Source: an uncultured delta proteobacterium
GTDB lineage: Bacteria; Myxococcota_A; Polyangia; Polyangiales; JAFGIB01
Length of the DNA stretch: 64,000 nucleotides
Direction: 5' to 3'
NCBI GenBank assembly: GCA_963778655.1
Contig: CAVZVA010000011.1
Location: forward strand, 448,001-512,000
The notes below the pieces were generated by a model. That model had not been told where the DNA came from, searched no databases, and saw only the letters and a list, made by a program, of their open reading frames with translations. A program made the translations under genes and the position numbers. Below are positions 1 through 9,419 of the stretch, in pieces. The number at the start of each line of letters is the position of its first letter. Position 1 is the first letter of the stretch.

Positions 1-1278
1 CAGGAACACGAAGTCCTTGGGCAGATTGATTCGGGTCTGCCGCGTGGGATCCATCACGCTGAAAGCCTCGCGCACCCATTCCTTGGTGAAGGTGAACACC
101 CGGTCCTGGCGAAACGCCTCGGTGTGGTAGCAGAAGAACTCCCACAGCTCATCGACGTCGTACGGTTTGCCGGGCAAGACCACCTGCATCTGCTTGAGCA
201 GGGGCTCGAAGGCGGCGCGGTCGTTCTCGATCAGCGCCCGGTTGAGCGCCTGCAGCTCGCGGATGAATTCGGGGCGAAAGTACTTCACGCAGCCGAAGTC
301 CACGAACACGATGCCACCGTCCTCCTGGAAGATGTAGTTGCCCGGGTGCGGGTCGCCGTTGAAGACGCAGTAGCGGTACATCGAATCGAACACGAAGTCG
401 TTGATCGCGTGAACGCACAGGCGCTTTTCGGCCGAGGTCGCGTGCTCCACGAAATCCGCGAAGCCTAGCCCGCGGCAGTACTGTTGAGTCAGCACGTGGG
501 TCGCGCACAGCTCCGGGTACACGCGCGGGATGCGGATCAGCGGGTGGCCCTGCCAGAGCTCCAAGAAGAGCTGTTGGCTGCGCAGCTCGTTGCGGTAGTC
601 GAGCTCCTCGAACAGCCGGTCCGTGACCTCCTCGACCACGCCGTGTGCGTCGATGTTGTGGTTGAACGCGCTGACCATGGCAGCCAGGCCGCGGCTGGCG
701 CGCAGGTCGCTCTTGATCGCCTGCGCCACGCCCGGGTACTGCACCTTGACCACCACTTCCTCGCCTCCGTGCAGCCGCGCCCTGTGGACCTGTCCGATCG
801 ACGCGGCCGCGAGCGGCTCCTCATCGAAGCGGCGAAACAGCGCCGACAGCGGCCTGCCCAGGTCCCGTTCCACCACCTGTCGCACCACCTCGAAGGCCAT
901 GGGGGGCGCGTCCAGCTGCAGCCGCTGCAACGCCTCGCGCGCGTTCTCCGGCACGACCTCGGTGGCGAACGAGAGGATCTGCCCGAGCTTCATGAAGGCG
1001 CCCTTCATGTTCCCCATGATCTCGGTGGCCTCTTCGGCGACCTGCATGTGGTAGCGCTCGCGCAGCTGCTTCTTGCGCTCGCGCGTCGCGGCCAGCGAGC
1101 GCAGCGCCAGCCAGTAGCGGCGCAGCACCGAGTGAGTCACCAGCCGGCCCAGCTGCGAGCCGCGCGCGCCGAGCGAGGTGGCGATGCCGGCGGCGTTGCG
1201 CTGAGCCAAGAGCCGCCGCAACGCGAGCCAACCCGACAGCACGAGCGCCGCCGCAGCCCAGAGCAGCCAGACTCGCAT
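1..1278 (-). CDS. AarF/ABC1/UbiB family atypical kinase (3' end outside window)
   Basis: Not in the ORF track because the stop is outside the window. Manual translation from ATG at 1278 gives KGAFMKLGQ, PLAAASIGQVHRARL, VVVKVQYPG, EELDY, GDPHPGNY and VFVDFG, all ABC1 kinase motifs. Confidence 0.92.
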   Translation of the reverse strand, partial: MRVWLLWAAAALVLSGWLALRRLLAQRNAAGIATSLGARGSQLGRLVTHSVLRRYWLALRSLAATRERKKQLRERYHMQVAEEATEIMGNMKGAFMKLGQILSFATEVVPENAREALQRLQLDAPPMAFEVVRQVVERDLGRPLSALFRRFDEEPLAAASIGQVHRARLHGGEEVVVKVQYPGVAQAIKSDLRASRGLAAMVSAFNHNIDAHGVVEEVTDRLFEELDYRNELRSQQLFLELWQGHPLIRIPRVYPELCATHVLTQQYCRGLGFADFVEHATSAEKRLCVHAINDFVFDSMYRYCVFNGDPHPGNYIFQEDGGIVFVDFGCVKYFRPEFIRELQALNRALIENDRAAFEPLLKQMQVVLPGKPYDVDELWEFFCYHTEAFRQDRVFTFTKEWVREAFSVMDPTRQTRINLPKDFVFL

Positions 1279-1344
1279 GCTCGGATTAAACCATTGCCGG
1301 CTCCCTGGATGGGCCAAAATCCGCGCTGGTTGCGACAGGCGGCG

Positions 1345-2235
<891 letters not shown>

Positions 2236-2546
2236 GCTCCCTCCTCCGGCGCAATCCACGCCAGCCCTCACATACGCAGCCCCCGCCCAGCGGCAAGCCC
2301 ACGCAGCCCTGGTCGCAGCTCCAGTCGTGGCGGGTGGTGGCAGCCGTCCTCCTCGTCCTCGCCCCATCCCCAGCTCAACCTCGATCCCCCAGCCGTGTCC
2401 GCCCCGCCTGCCGCGTCCCGACTATAGGTAGGGCGATTGGCTCGAATCCCTTCGAGCTCGGCATTAGACTGCTATCGGGTGGTGGCTGACCGTTTGCGTG
2501 GGAATCTGGCGCCGCAGCTCGCGACAAGGCAACGTGAGGTCTAGCC

Positions 2547-5500
2547 GTGCTCTTCGGTTTTGACGACTTCGAGCTCGATGCGGAAAGCCTGGAGCTGCGC
2601 CGGGCGGGCAAGGTCGTCAAGGTCGACGCGCTGGTGGTGCGACTGTTGCTCGCGCTGGTGCGGAACGCAGACCGCCTGCTGACCAAAGACGAGCTGGTGG
2701 AGCAGGTCTGGGAAGGTCGGGCCGTCGCGGACAACGTGATCACCGTCTCGATGGCGCGCCTGCGCAAGGCGCTCGGCCACAGCCGTGGCGAGCGCGAATT
2801 CGTGGCCACGGTGTACGGTCGCGGCTATCGCTTCGTGCGCGAGGTTGCGCTGCACGCGCCCCCCAGCGCGCGGCCGCCGCGGCTGGAAGCGCCGCCGGGC
2901 GCCGACGAGCCGCCCTTCGTGGGTCGCACGCGCGTGCTCGACCGCTTGCGACAAGCACTGGACCAGGCGCGCGCAGGCCGCGGTCGCGTGTGCGCGCTGC
3001 TGGGCGAGCCCGGCATCGGCAAGACGCGTGTGATCGAGGCGCTCGAGCGCGAGCTGGCCGGCTCCGCGGTCCATGTGGCCTGGGGCTACTGCCGCGAGGC
3101 CGGCGACACGCCTCCGCTGTGGCCCTGGCTGCGGCTGCTGCGCGAGGTCACGGCGGCCGCCTGGACGCCCGACTTCGAGCAGCGCCTGGGCTCGCTCGCC
3201 GCGGAAGTGCGCGCGCTGTCTGGAGCGACTGCTGCAGGCGAGCCCGCGCAACCAGCAACCGGGCTGGAGAGCTGGGAAGAGGCCGCACGCCATCGCAGCT
3301 TCGAGGCGATTCTGCGCGCCATCACGCTGGCGGCCGAAACGATGCCGTGGTTGCTGGTGCTAGACGATCTGCACCGCGCCGACGCCGCCTCGATCGAGCT
3401 GCTCAGCCTGCTGCTCGACGAAGTCGCCCACACGCGCGTGCTGGTGGTGGTCACACTGCGGCACACCCACGGCGCGCACGCACCCCGGCCCGAGACGCAC
3501 TTGCCTCAGGTGCTCGGACATCGCAACTGCGAGCGCATCGCGCTCGAGCGCCTGAGCTTCGAAGAGGTCTCGACCTACGTGGCCGCGGTGATCGGCGACG
3601 GGGAGCACAGCGGACCGCTGGCCGAGGCGGTGTTCGCGAAGTGCGAAGGCAATCCGTTCTTCATGACCGAGCTGGCGCGGCAGCTGCGCGACGCCGAGGA
3701 ACCCGACCCCGGCGCGCTGGCGCTGCCCGACACGGCGCTCGAGCTGGTCCGCCAGGGCCTGGCCAGACTTCACCCCGAGACGCGCGAGCTGCTGGCCGTG
3801 GCCGCGGTGATCGGCCGCAGCTTCGAGCTGCCGCTGCTGGCGGCGGTGACGCGCCGCGAGCCGGCCGCGCTGATGCTGCTGTTGGACGAGGCGCTCGCCG
3901 CCGAAGTGCTGGTGGGAGCGCCGGACTCGATGACCGCCTTCGCCTTCGGGCACGAGCTGTTGCGCGCCGTGCTCTACGATGGCCTGTCGGCTCGCGAGCA
4001 ACGCCAGTGGCACCTGCGCACCGCGGAAGCCATGGAGCAGCGCATGGCGATGGGCGAGCAGGTCGCCCCGGCCGAGCTCGCCTTCCATTTTCACGCGGCG
4101 CTTCCAGAGAGCGACCTGCGCAAGACGGTGGAGCACTGCGGCAAGGCGGCTGCCGCGGCCGCGGCGGTATTCGCGAACCCGGACGTGGTGCGCTACTCGC
4201 GGCACGCGCTCGAGGCGCTCGACCTGATGGAGCGGTCGAGCGTCCGCATCCGCGGTGCCCTGCTGTACACCGTCGCTCTGTTTCAGCGCGGCAGCGCGGC
4301 CGGGTTTCCGCGCGCGATCGACGCGGTCATGCGCCTGGCGCAGGAGCAGGGCGACGGCGTGCTGCTGGTGCGCGCGGCGTGCATGCTCAATCCGCATCCC
4401 GGCTTCCAGGCCGTGCCGGGCGGCCGCGCGGCGCTCGAGCGGGCGCTCACCCTGCTCGGGCCCGAAGCGCACGCGACCCGCTCCGTGGCGCTCGCCGCGC
4501 TCGCGGGCACGGCGCCCAATTGCGACTCGGCCGCACGCGCCGGGGCCTTGCTCGAGGAAGCGGTCGCGCTCGCGCGCCAGTCGCGTTCTCGCACCGCGCG
4601 CCACGTCGCGCTCGACGTCAAGCTCTACCTCGAGAGCGGCCCCGGCCGCGAGGCCACGGTGACCGAGGTCACGGGCGAGCTCGAACAGCTCTTCCAGCAG
4701 ATCCCGCGCAGAATCCCGGTGGTGCCCGCGGGCCTGGCACTGCACCGGGCGATCGCCGCGCTGCAGCGCGGAGACGCGGCCGGCACCACGGCGGCGCTGC
4801 AAAGCGCCGCGGCGCGCTGCCGCGAGCTGCGGCACGGCGAGCTGCTGTGGCACAGCGAGCGCTTCAGCGCGCTTTCTCGCTGCAACGCGGGCGCGTGGTC
4901 GGAGGGTATCGCGCAGCTCGAGACCCTGCACCGCCGCACCGAGCAGCGGCCGATCACCGGCACCGCGCCGTTCTGCGCCTTCGACCGGGTGGTCGTGCTC
5001 GGCGAGCTCGCCGGGACGACGGCGCTCGACGATGCCGTGCGCAGCGCGCTCGAGCCGGACGCCTCGGACCCGCCGAGTATCTGGGCGCTCAAGCTGCGCG
5101 CGCTGGCGACGGCCGAGCTCGCAGGCGATGCACGCGCGGCCCTGCGCGCGGTGGCCCCCGCGGACCTGGCGCTGCTGCCCTGCGACCGTGACCACCTGGG
5201 AACGCTCGGCCACGTGGCGCGCGCCGCGCTGCTGCTGGGCGCGCTCGACTACGCCGAAGCCGCATACGCCTTGCTGGCGCAGCATCCGGGCTACTTCGCC
5301 GGCCACGTCTCGTTTCTGTGCGAAGGCTCGGTGTCCCAGCTGCTCGGCATGCTCTCGCACGCGCTCGGACGCCACGCGCTCGCGGTGGCGCAGCTCGAGA
5401 CTGGCGTCCGCGACAACGAGCGAGCAGGGTTGGCGCCGCGCGCGGCCGAAGCGCGGCTGCGGCTGGCGCGCTGCCTGCTGGAGGCCGGCACTACGGTCGG

Positions 5501-5612
5501 ACGCCGGCGCGCGCTCGAGCTCGCACGCGAAGCCCAGACGAGCGCGGAGCGGCTAGGCATGCAGCGAATGGCGCGCGAGGCCGCGGCGCTGCTGCAGGGC
5601 GAAGCGCCGTAA
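2547..5612 (+). CDS. Transcriptional regulator: OmpR/CadC-type winged helix + AAA (STAND-like) NTPase + helical repeats
   Basis: N-terminal FDDFELD..LLTKDELVEQVW..LRKALG..TVYGRGYRF, Walker A GEPGIGKT, Walker B LLVLDDLH, and EGNPFF. Confidence 0.88.
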   Translation: MLFGFDDFELDAESLELRRAGKVVKVDALVVRLLLALVRNADRLLTKDELVEQVWEGRAVADNVITVSMARLRKALGHSRGEREFVATVYGRGYRFVREVALHAPPSARPPRLEAPPGADEPPFVGRTRVLDRLRQALDQARAGRGRVCALLGEPGIGKTRVIEALERELAGSAVHVAWGYCREAGDTPPLWPWLRLLREVTAAAWTPDFEQRLGSLAAEVRALSGATAAGEPAQPATGLESWEEAARHRSFEAILRAITLAAETMPWLLVLDDLHRADAASIELLSLLLDEVAHTRVLVVVTLRHTHGAHAPRPETHLPQVLGHRNCERIALERLSFEEVSTYVAAVIGDGEHSGPLAEAVFAKCEGNPFFMTELARQLRDAEEPDPGALALPDTALELVRQGLARLHPETRELLAVAAVIGRSFELPLLAAVTRREPAALMLLLDEALAAEVLVGAPDSMTAFAFGHELLRAVLYDGLSAREQRQWHLRTAEAMEQRMAMGEQVAPAELAFHFHAALPESDLRKTVEHCGKAAAAAAAVFANPDVVRYSRHALEALDLMERSSVRIRGALLYTVALFQRGSAAGFPRAIDAVMRLAQEQGDGVLLVRAACMLNPHPGFQAVPGGRAALERALTLLGPEAHATRSVALAALAGTAPNCDSAARAGALLEEAVALARQSRSRTARHVALDVKLYLESGPGREATVTEVTGELEQLFQQIPRRIPVVPAGLALHRAIAALQRGDAAGTTAALQSAAARCRELRHGELLWHSERFSALSRCNAGAWSEGIAQLETLHRRTEQRPITGTAPFCAFDRVVVLGELAGTTALDDAVRSALEPDASDPPSIWALKLRALATAELAGDARAALRAVAPADLALLPCDRDHLGTLGHVARAALLLGALDYAEAAYALLAQHPGYFAGHVSFLCEGSVSQLLGMLSHALGRHALAVAQLETGVRDNERAGLAPRAAEARLRLARCLLEAGTTVGRRRALELAREAQTSAERLGMQRMAREAAALLQGEAP

Positions 5613-5718
5613 CCGCGATCGCACTTGCCGGAAGCGGCAGAGCTCGCTGCGTGCAATCCTCCGCGCTCGGCACCTCGAGGACGCGGCCCCCGCGCCGATG
5701 CGTGCGTGGCGGGCGAGC

Positions 5719-6435
5719 TCAGGCCGGCAGCACTAGCAGCTCGTCGATCAGGGCCTCGACCGAGGCCACGCGCGGCCACTGCGGCTCCTGTGCGTAGTGG
5801 CCGAGCGGATCGACCAGCACGGCGTGCATGCCTGCGCGCCGTGCGCCGCCGACGTCGACCTCGGGCACGTCGCCCGCGTACAGCGCGCGGGCGGCAGGCA
5901 CCCCCATGCGCTGCAGCGCGAGCCGGAAGATCGCAGGGGCGGGCTTCTCGACTCCCTCGATCGCCGAATCGACCACCTGCTCGAAGTAGTCGAGCAGGCC
6001 CAGCCGCTGCAGCACCGAGCGCAGCCGGCCCTCGGAGTTGGACACCACGCCGAGCCGAAGCCCGGCGGCGCGCGCGCGCCCCAGCGCGTCGGGCAGCCCG
6101 GCGGGCACCTTGCGCCAGAAGTACAGCTCGTCGTGCGCGCGCCGCAGCGCCGGGAGCAGGGCCTGGGCCCGTTCCGGCCCGAGCCCGCTCAGCACCAGCA
6201 GCTCGCGCATCAACCCGAACCAGCCGCCCTCGTGGTCCCGCCCCTGCCCCACGTGGCGCCGGTATTGCTGCTTGGCCCTGTGCAGCGCCCCCTCGAGCGT
6301 GGCAGCCGCCACCGCCACGCCCTCGGCCGCGAGCGCGGCCCCCATCGCCTGGCCGTCGAAGAACAACAGCGTGTCGCCCGCGTCGAGCAACAACGCCAGC
6401 GGGCGCACCTGCAGCTCGAGGCCGGCGACCGTCAT
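5719..6435 (-). CDS. HAD-superfamily hydrolase (phosphatase-like)
   Basis: LLLDAGDTL, VVSNS, EKP and YAGD..VDVGGA motifs. ATGA overlap with the upstream gene's stop. Confidence 0.9.
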   Translation of the reverse strand: MTVAGLELQVRPLALLLDAGDTLLFFDGQAMGAALAAEGVAVAAATLEGALHRAKQQYRRHVGQGRDHEGGWFGLMRELLVLSGLGPERAQALLPALRRAHDELYFWRKVPAGLPDALGRARAAGLRLGVVSNSEGRLRSVLQRLGLLDYFEQVVDSAIEGVEKPAPAIFRLALQRMGVPAARALYAGDVPEVDVGGARRAGMHAVLVDPLGHYAQEPQWPRVASVEALIDELLVLPA

Positions 6436-8291
6436 GGCAGCCAGCGTAACCCGACGAAGACCTGATTGGTCGCGCTATAGAGGCTGGCGAGGGTGACGCG
6501 CGGGTCGCCCGTGGGGTGTTTCTTGCCGCCGATCAACCACGCGCCGGCCTCGACGAAGAAGCCTTGAAAAAGGCGCTGCTGCACGCGCGGCGCGACGAAA
6601 TACGTCGGGCCGTTGAGCAGCCCGCTGCCCAGCTCCAGGGTGAGCCCGAGGTCGCCGGGCGCGTAGGAGGCGAAGGCGACGCTCGAGAGCATCAACCGGT
6701 CGGCGGTCATGAAGGCGAAGCTGCGCTGCGCGTCGGTCGGGCCGCTGGGGGTGCCCTCGATCGAAGCCTCGAGCGCGAGCACCAGGGTCTGCCCCTGCAG
6801 GTACTCGAGCCGCAGCCCGGCGTGCAGCAGGTCCCTCTGCTCTGCGACCGTCGCCGGCTCGTTGCGGGCCGCGGCGACTGCGTTCGACTCCACCGCCAGC
6901 AGCGCGCGGTCGAACATGTAGGCCAGCTCCGCCCCCAGCTGCAGCGGCCCGAGCGCGGTCGCGCCGTCCAGCGAGAGCAGCTCGAAGCGCGCGTAGTCGA
7001 CCGAGACCGGGTGCTTGTCGGCCAGCAGATCCTGCAGTGTGGGCGCCGGGGTCCCGCCGTAGAGCGCGTTGAGAAAAGTCTGGCTGAACACCAGCACCGG
7101 CAGGTGCTCGAGCGCGCTCCCGGCCGTCAGCCCCAGCTCGCCGGCCGGACCGTGTGCGGTCATGCGCAGCGCGCCCTGCGGGCGGGTGAAGCTGGGGTCG
7201 GGCGTGAACGCCGAGAACGCGCTCTCCGAGAGCACCGCCTGGCCCGAACGCGTGAGCGTGTTGTGCAGCAGCGCCTCGGCGTCGGTGTTGCCGAAGATCG
7301 CGGTGTAGCTCTCGTCCAGCTGCGCCTGGGTGGTGGGCGAGAGCGCGTAGTTGCCCTCGAACGCGCGCACCAGGTGCGGCTGGAAGAACGGCAGCGCGAT
7401 CAGCTTCAGCGACAGCCACGAGCCGACGTCCCAGTCCAGGCGCGCGGCGGGCTGTGCGATCTCGCTGGCGTCCGGCATGGTGACCGGGCCGCTGCGCAGA
7501 TCGTAGCTGCTGAGGATGTCGCTGGGGTTGAGCACATCGAAGCGGCCCAGGCGCACGCCCTGGTAGCCCAGGCGCAGGTGCAGCCCCGCGGCCAGCGTGA
7601 GATCGCCGAACAGCGCGGTGGGCGCGACGTCCAGCTCGTAGCGCTCGGGGTTGGCGTCGAGCGTGCCGTGCTGCCTGCGCGCGAACAGGTAGCGAGCGCG
7701 CGCCCCGACCTCGAAGCGCAGGGTCTCGGAGCGGCGCACGTGCGCTTCGAGCAACGCGATGTTGGTCGACTCGATCACGTCCTTGCGCCGCTCGTCCCAG
7801 GCGGTGGCCACGCCGAAGCGGGAGTGCAGCACCACGCGCACGTCGCCGTTGGGCTCGGCCGGCGGCGCGCTCTGCAGCGACGGCAGCTTGGCCACCCCGC
7901 GCAGCTCCGGGTCCTCGATGATCTCATCGCCGCCGCCGGCGCCGAAGGCCGGCTCGGCGAAGCCCTCCGGCTGCGAGGGCTGCGCCGGCTCGGCGGCCTC
8001 GGCCGCGCCGGCAGGGGGCGGCGCCTGAATCACACCGGCATCGGGAGAAGCCGCCTGCGCGGCATCGATCGGGGCGGCAGCCGGGGCCTCTTGCGCGTCT
8101 GCCGCGGCCTCGACCACGGGCACGCCGGCATCCGGCGCGGAGCCCGCGGCGGCCGGCTGGCTCGTCGCTTGCGCAGGCGCCGCGGCCGGCTGAGCGCGCG
8201 TGGCGAGCGGCCAGCAGCCGAGCGCGGCGAGCCCCAGAACCACGCTCCTCGTGTGCCGCCGCGCCTGCTGCACCGGCGGCAGTCGTATCAC
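6432..8291 (-). CDS. Outer-membrane beta-barrel protein (DUF1302-like)
   Basis: Signal peptide, Pro/Ala linker, amphipathic strands, LRLGYQ..GRFDVLNPSD, and C-terminal QVFVGLRWLP beta-signal. Start uncertain (GTG 8291; ORF open to 8402). Confidence 0.65.
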   Translation of the reverse strand: MIRLPPVQQARRHTRSVVLGLAALGCWPLATRAQPAAAPAQATSQPAAAGSAPDAGVPVVEAAADAQEAPAAAPIDAAQAASPDAGVIQAPPPAGAAEAAEPAQPSQPEGFAEPAFGAGGGDEIIEDPELRGVAKLPSLQSAPPAEPNGDVRVVLHSRFGVATAWDERRKDVIESTNIALLEAHVRRSETLRFEVGARARYLFARRQHGTLDANPERYELDVAPTALFGDLTLAAGLHLRLGYQGVRLGRFDVLNPSDILSSYDLRSGPVTMPDASEIAQPAARLDWDVGSWLSLKLIALPFFQPHLVRAFEGNYALSPTTQAQLDESYTAIFGNTDAEALLHNTLTRSGQAVLSESAFSAFTPDPSFTRPQGALRMTAHGPAGELGLTAGSALEHLPVLVFSQTFLNALYGGTPAPTLQDLLADKHPVSVDYARFELLSLDGATALGPLQLGAELAYMFDRALLAVESNAVAAARNEPATVAEQRDLLHAGLRLEYLQGQTLVLALEASIEGTPSGPTDAQRSFAFMTADRLMLSSVAFASYAPGDLGLTLELGSGLLNGPTYFVAPRVQQRLFQGFFVEAGAWLIGGKKHPTGDPRVTLASLYSATNQVFVGLRWLP

Positions 8292-8428
8292 GTAACCCCG
8301 TGGAACGCGACGCGCTGGCGCACGGTTCCGAGTGAAGGGCCTCGAGCGGGAGACACGTGCAGGCCCGCGCGAGCGCGTTTGGTCCGAGCCCTGGCCCTGC
8401 ACGGCCCGGCTGACTATGCTGCGCGTGC

Positions 8429-9298
8429 ATGCATTGCAACGTGTGCGGCCAAGACGCGGAGCAGCCGGTGGAGCAAGCCGTGGTTCGCTCCAACGTGCGC
8501 AAGTTCGCGGCCGAGCAATTCGCGGTCTGGCGCTGCCCGCACTGCCTGAGCCTGCATGCGCGCGACGAGGTCGACCTCGGCAAGTACTACGCCGATTATC
8601 CGTTTCACAAGCTGGGCGAGGTCAGCGTGGGCTGGATGCTGCACGCGATGTACGGCAACCTGCTGTCGCGGCTGAAGAGCGTGGGCGTGGGCCGGGAGAC
8701 GAGCCTACTCGACTACGGCTGTGGCAGCGGGCTGTTCCTGTCGTATCTGCGCGAGCGGGGCTTCGAGCACGTCGCCGGCTACGACGAGTACTCCGAAGGC
8801 TACGCGGACAAGGCGGCGCTGGCGCGGCGCTACGGCTGCGTGATGGCGCAGGACCTGATCGAGCACGTGCCCGAGCCGCAGGCGCTGGTGCGCACCCTGC
8901 ACGAGCTGACCGAGCCGGGCGGGGTGATCGTGCTGGGCACGCCCAACGCCGAATCGATCGATCTGAACGACCCCGAGGCGCGCGTGCACACGCTGCACCA
9001 GCCCTACCACCGGCACATCCTGAGCAAGCGCGCGCTGCAGTCGCTGGGCAAGGAGCTCGGCTGGGAGCTGCTGCGCTACTACCCGACGATGTACGCGAAC
9101 ACGCTGGTTCCGACCGTGAACAGCGCCTTCGTGAACCATTACTTCAAGTGCCACGACAACAACGTGGATCTGGCCGTGGAGCCGGTGAACCCCAAGAGCC
9201 TGCGGCTGTGGACCCCGGTCACGCTCGCCCACGCCCTGCTGGGCTACTTCTGGGCCCCCGAGTCCGACGTGATGGCGATCTTCAGGCGCGGCGAGTAG
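8429..9298 (+). CDS. Class I SAM methyltransferase with N-terminal CxxC..CxxC
   Basis: LLDYGCGSG, QDLIEHV, PGGVIVLGTPN; CNVC/CPHC pair. Confidence 0.88.
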   Translation: MHCNVCGQDAEQPVEQAVVRSNVRKFAAEQFAVWRCPHCLSLHARDEVDLGKYYADYPFHKLGEVSVGWMLHAMYGNLLSRLKSVGVGRETSLLDYGCGSGLFLSYLRERGFEHVAGYDEYSEGYADKAALARRYGCVMAQDLIEHVPEPQALVRTLHELTEPGGVIVLGTPNAESIDLNDPEARVHTLHQPYHRHILSKRALQSLGKELGWELLRYYPTMYANTLVPTVNSAFVNHYFKCHDNNVDLAVEPVNPKSLRLWTPVTLAHALLGYFWAPESDVMAIFRRGE

Positions 9299-9311
9299 CG
9301 CTGCGAGAAGA

Positions 9312-9382
9312 AACAGGAAGACGGGAAGGGCTTGTTGGAAGACGGGAAGGGCTTTTTCTTCCCGCCTTCCCGTCTTGCTGTT
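9312..9382. repeat. Inverted repeat / REP-like hairpin between convergent genes (likely terminator)
   Basis: AACAGGAAGACGGGAAGG ... CCTTCCCGTCTTGCTGTT (one mismatch). The same motif occurs at 18858-18883 and 26683-26718. Confidence 0.7.
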
Positions 9383-9419
9383 GAATCTCTTCGGACCCCA
9401 GCGGCTGGGCAGTCGCACG

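Noticed and set aside
2547..5612. Avs-type antiphage STAND NTPase
   Set aside because: The N-terminal domain is a DNA-binding winged helix typical of transcriptional regulators, with no nuclease or other effector and no defence-island context.
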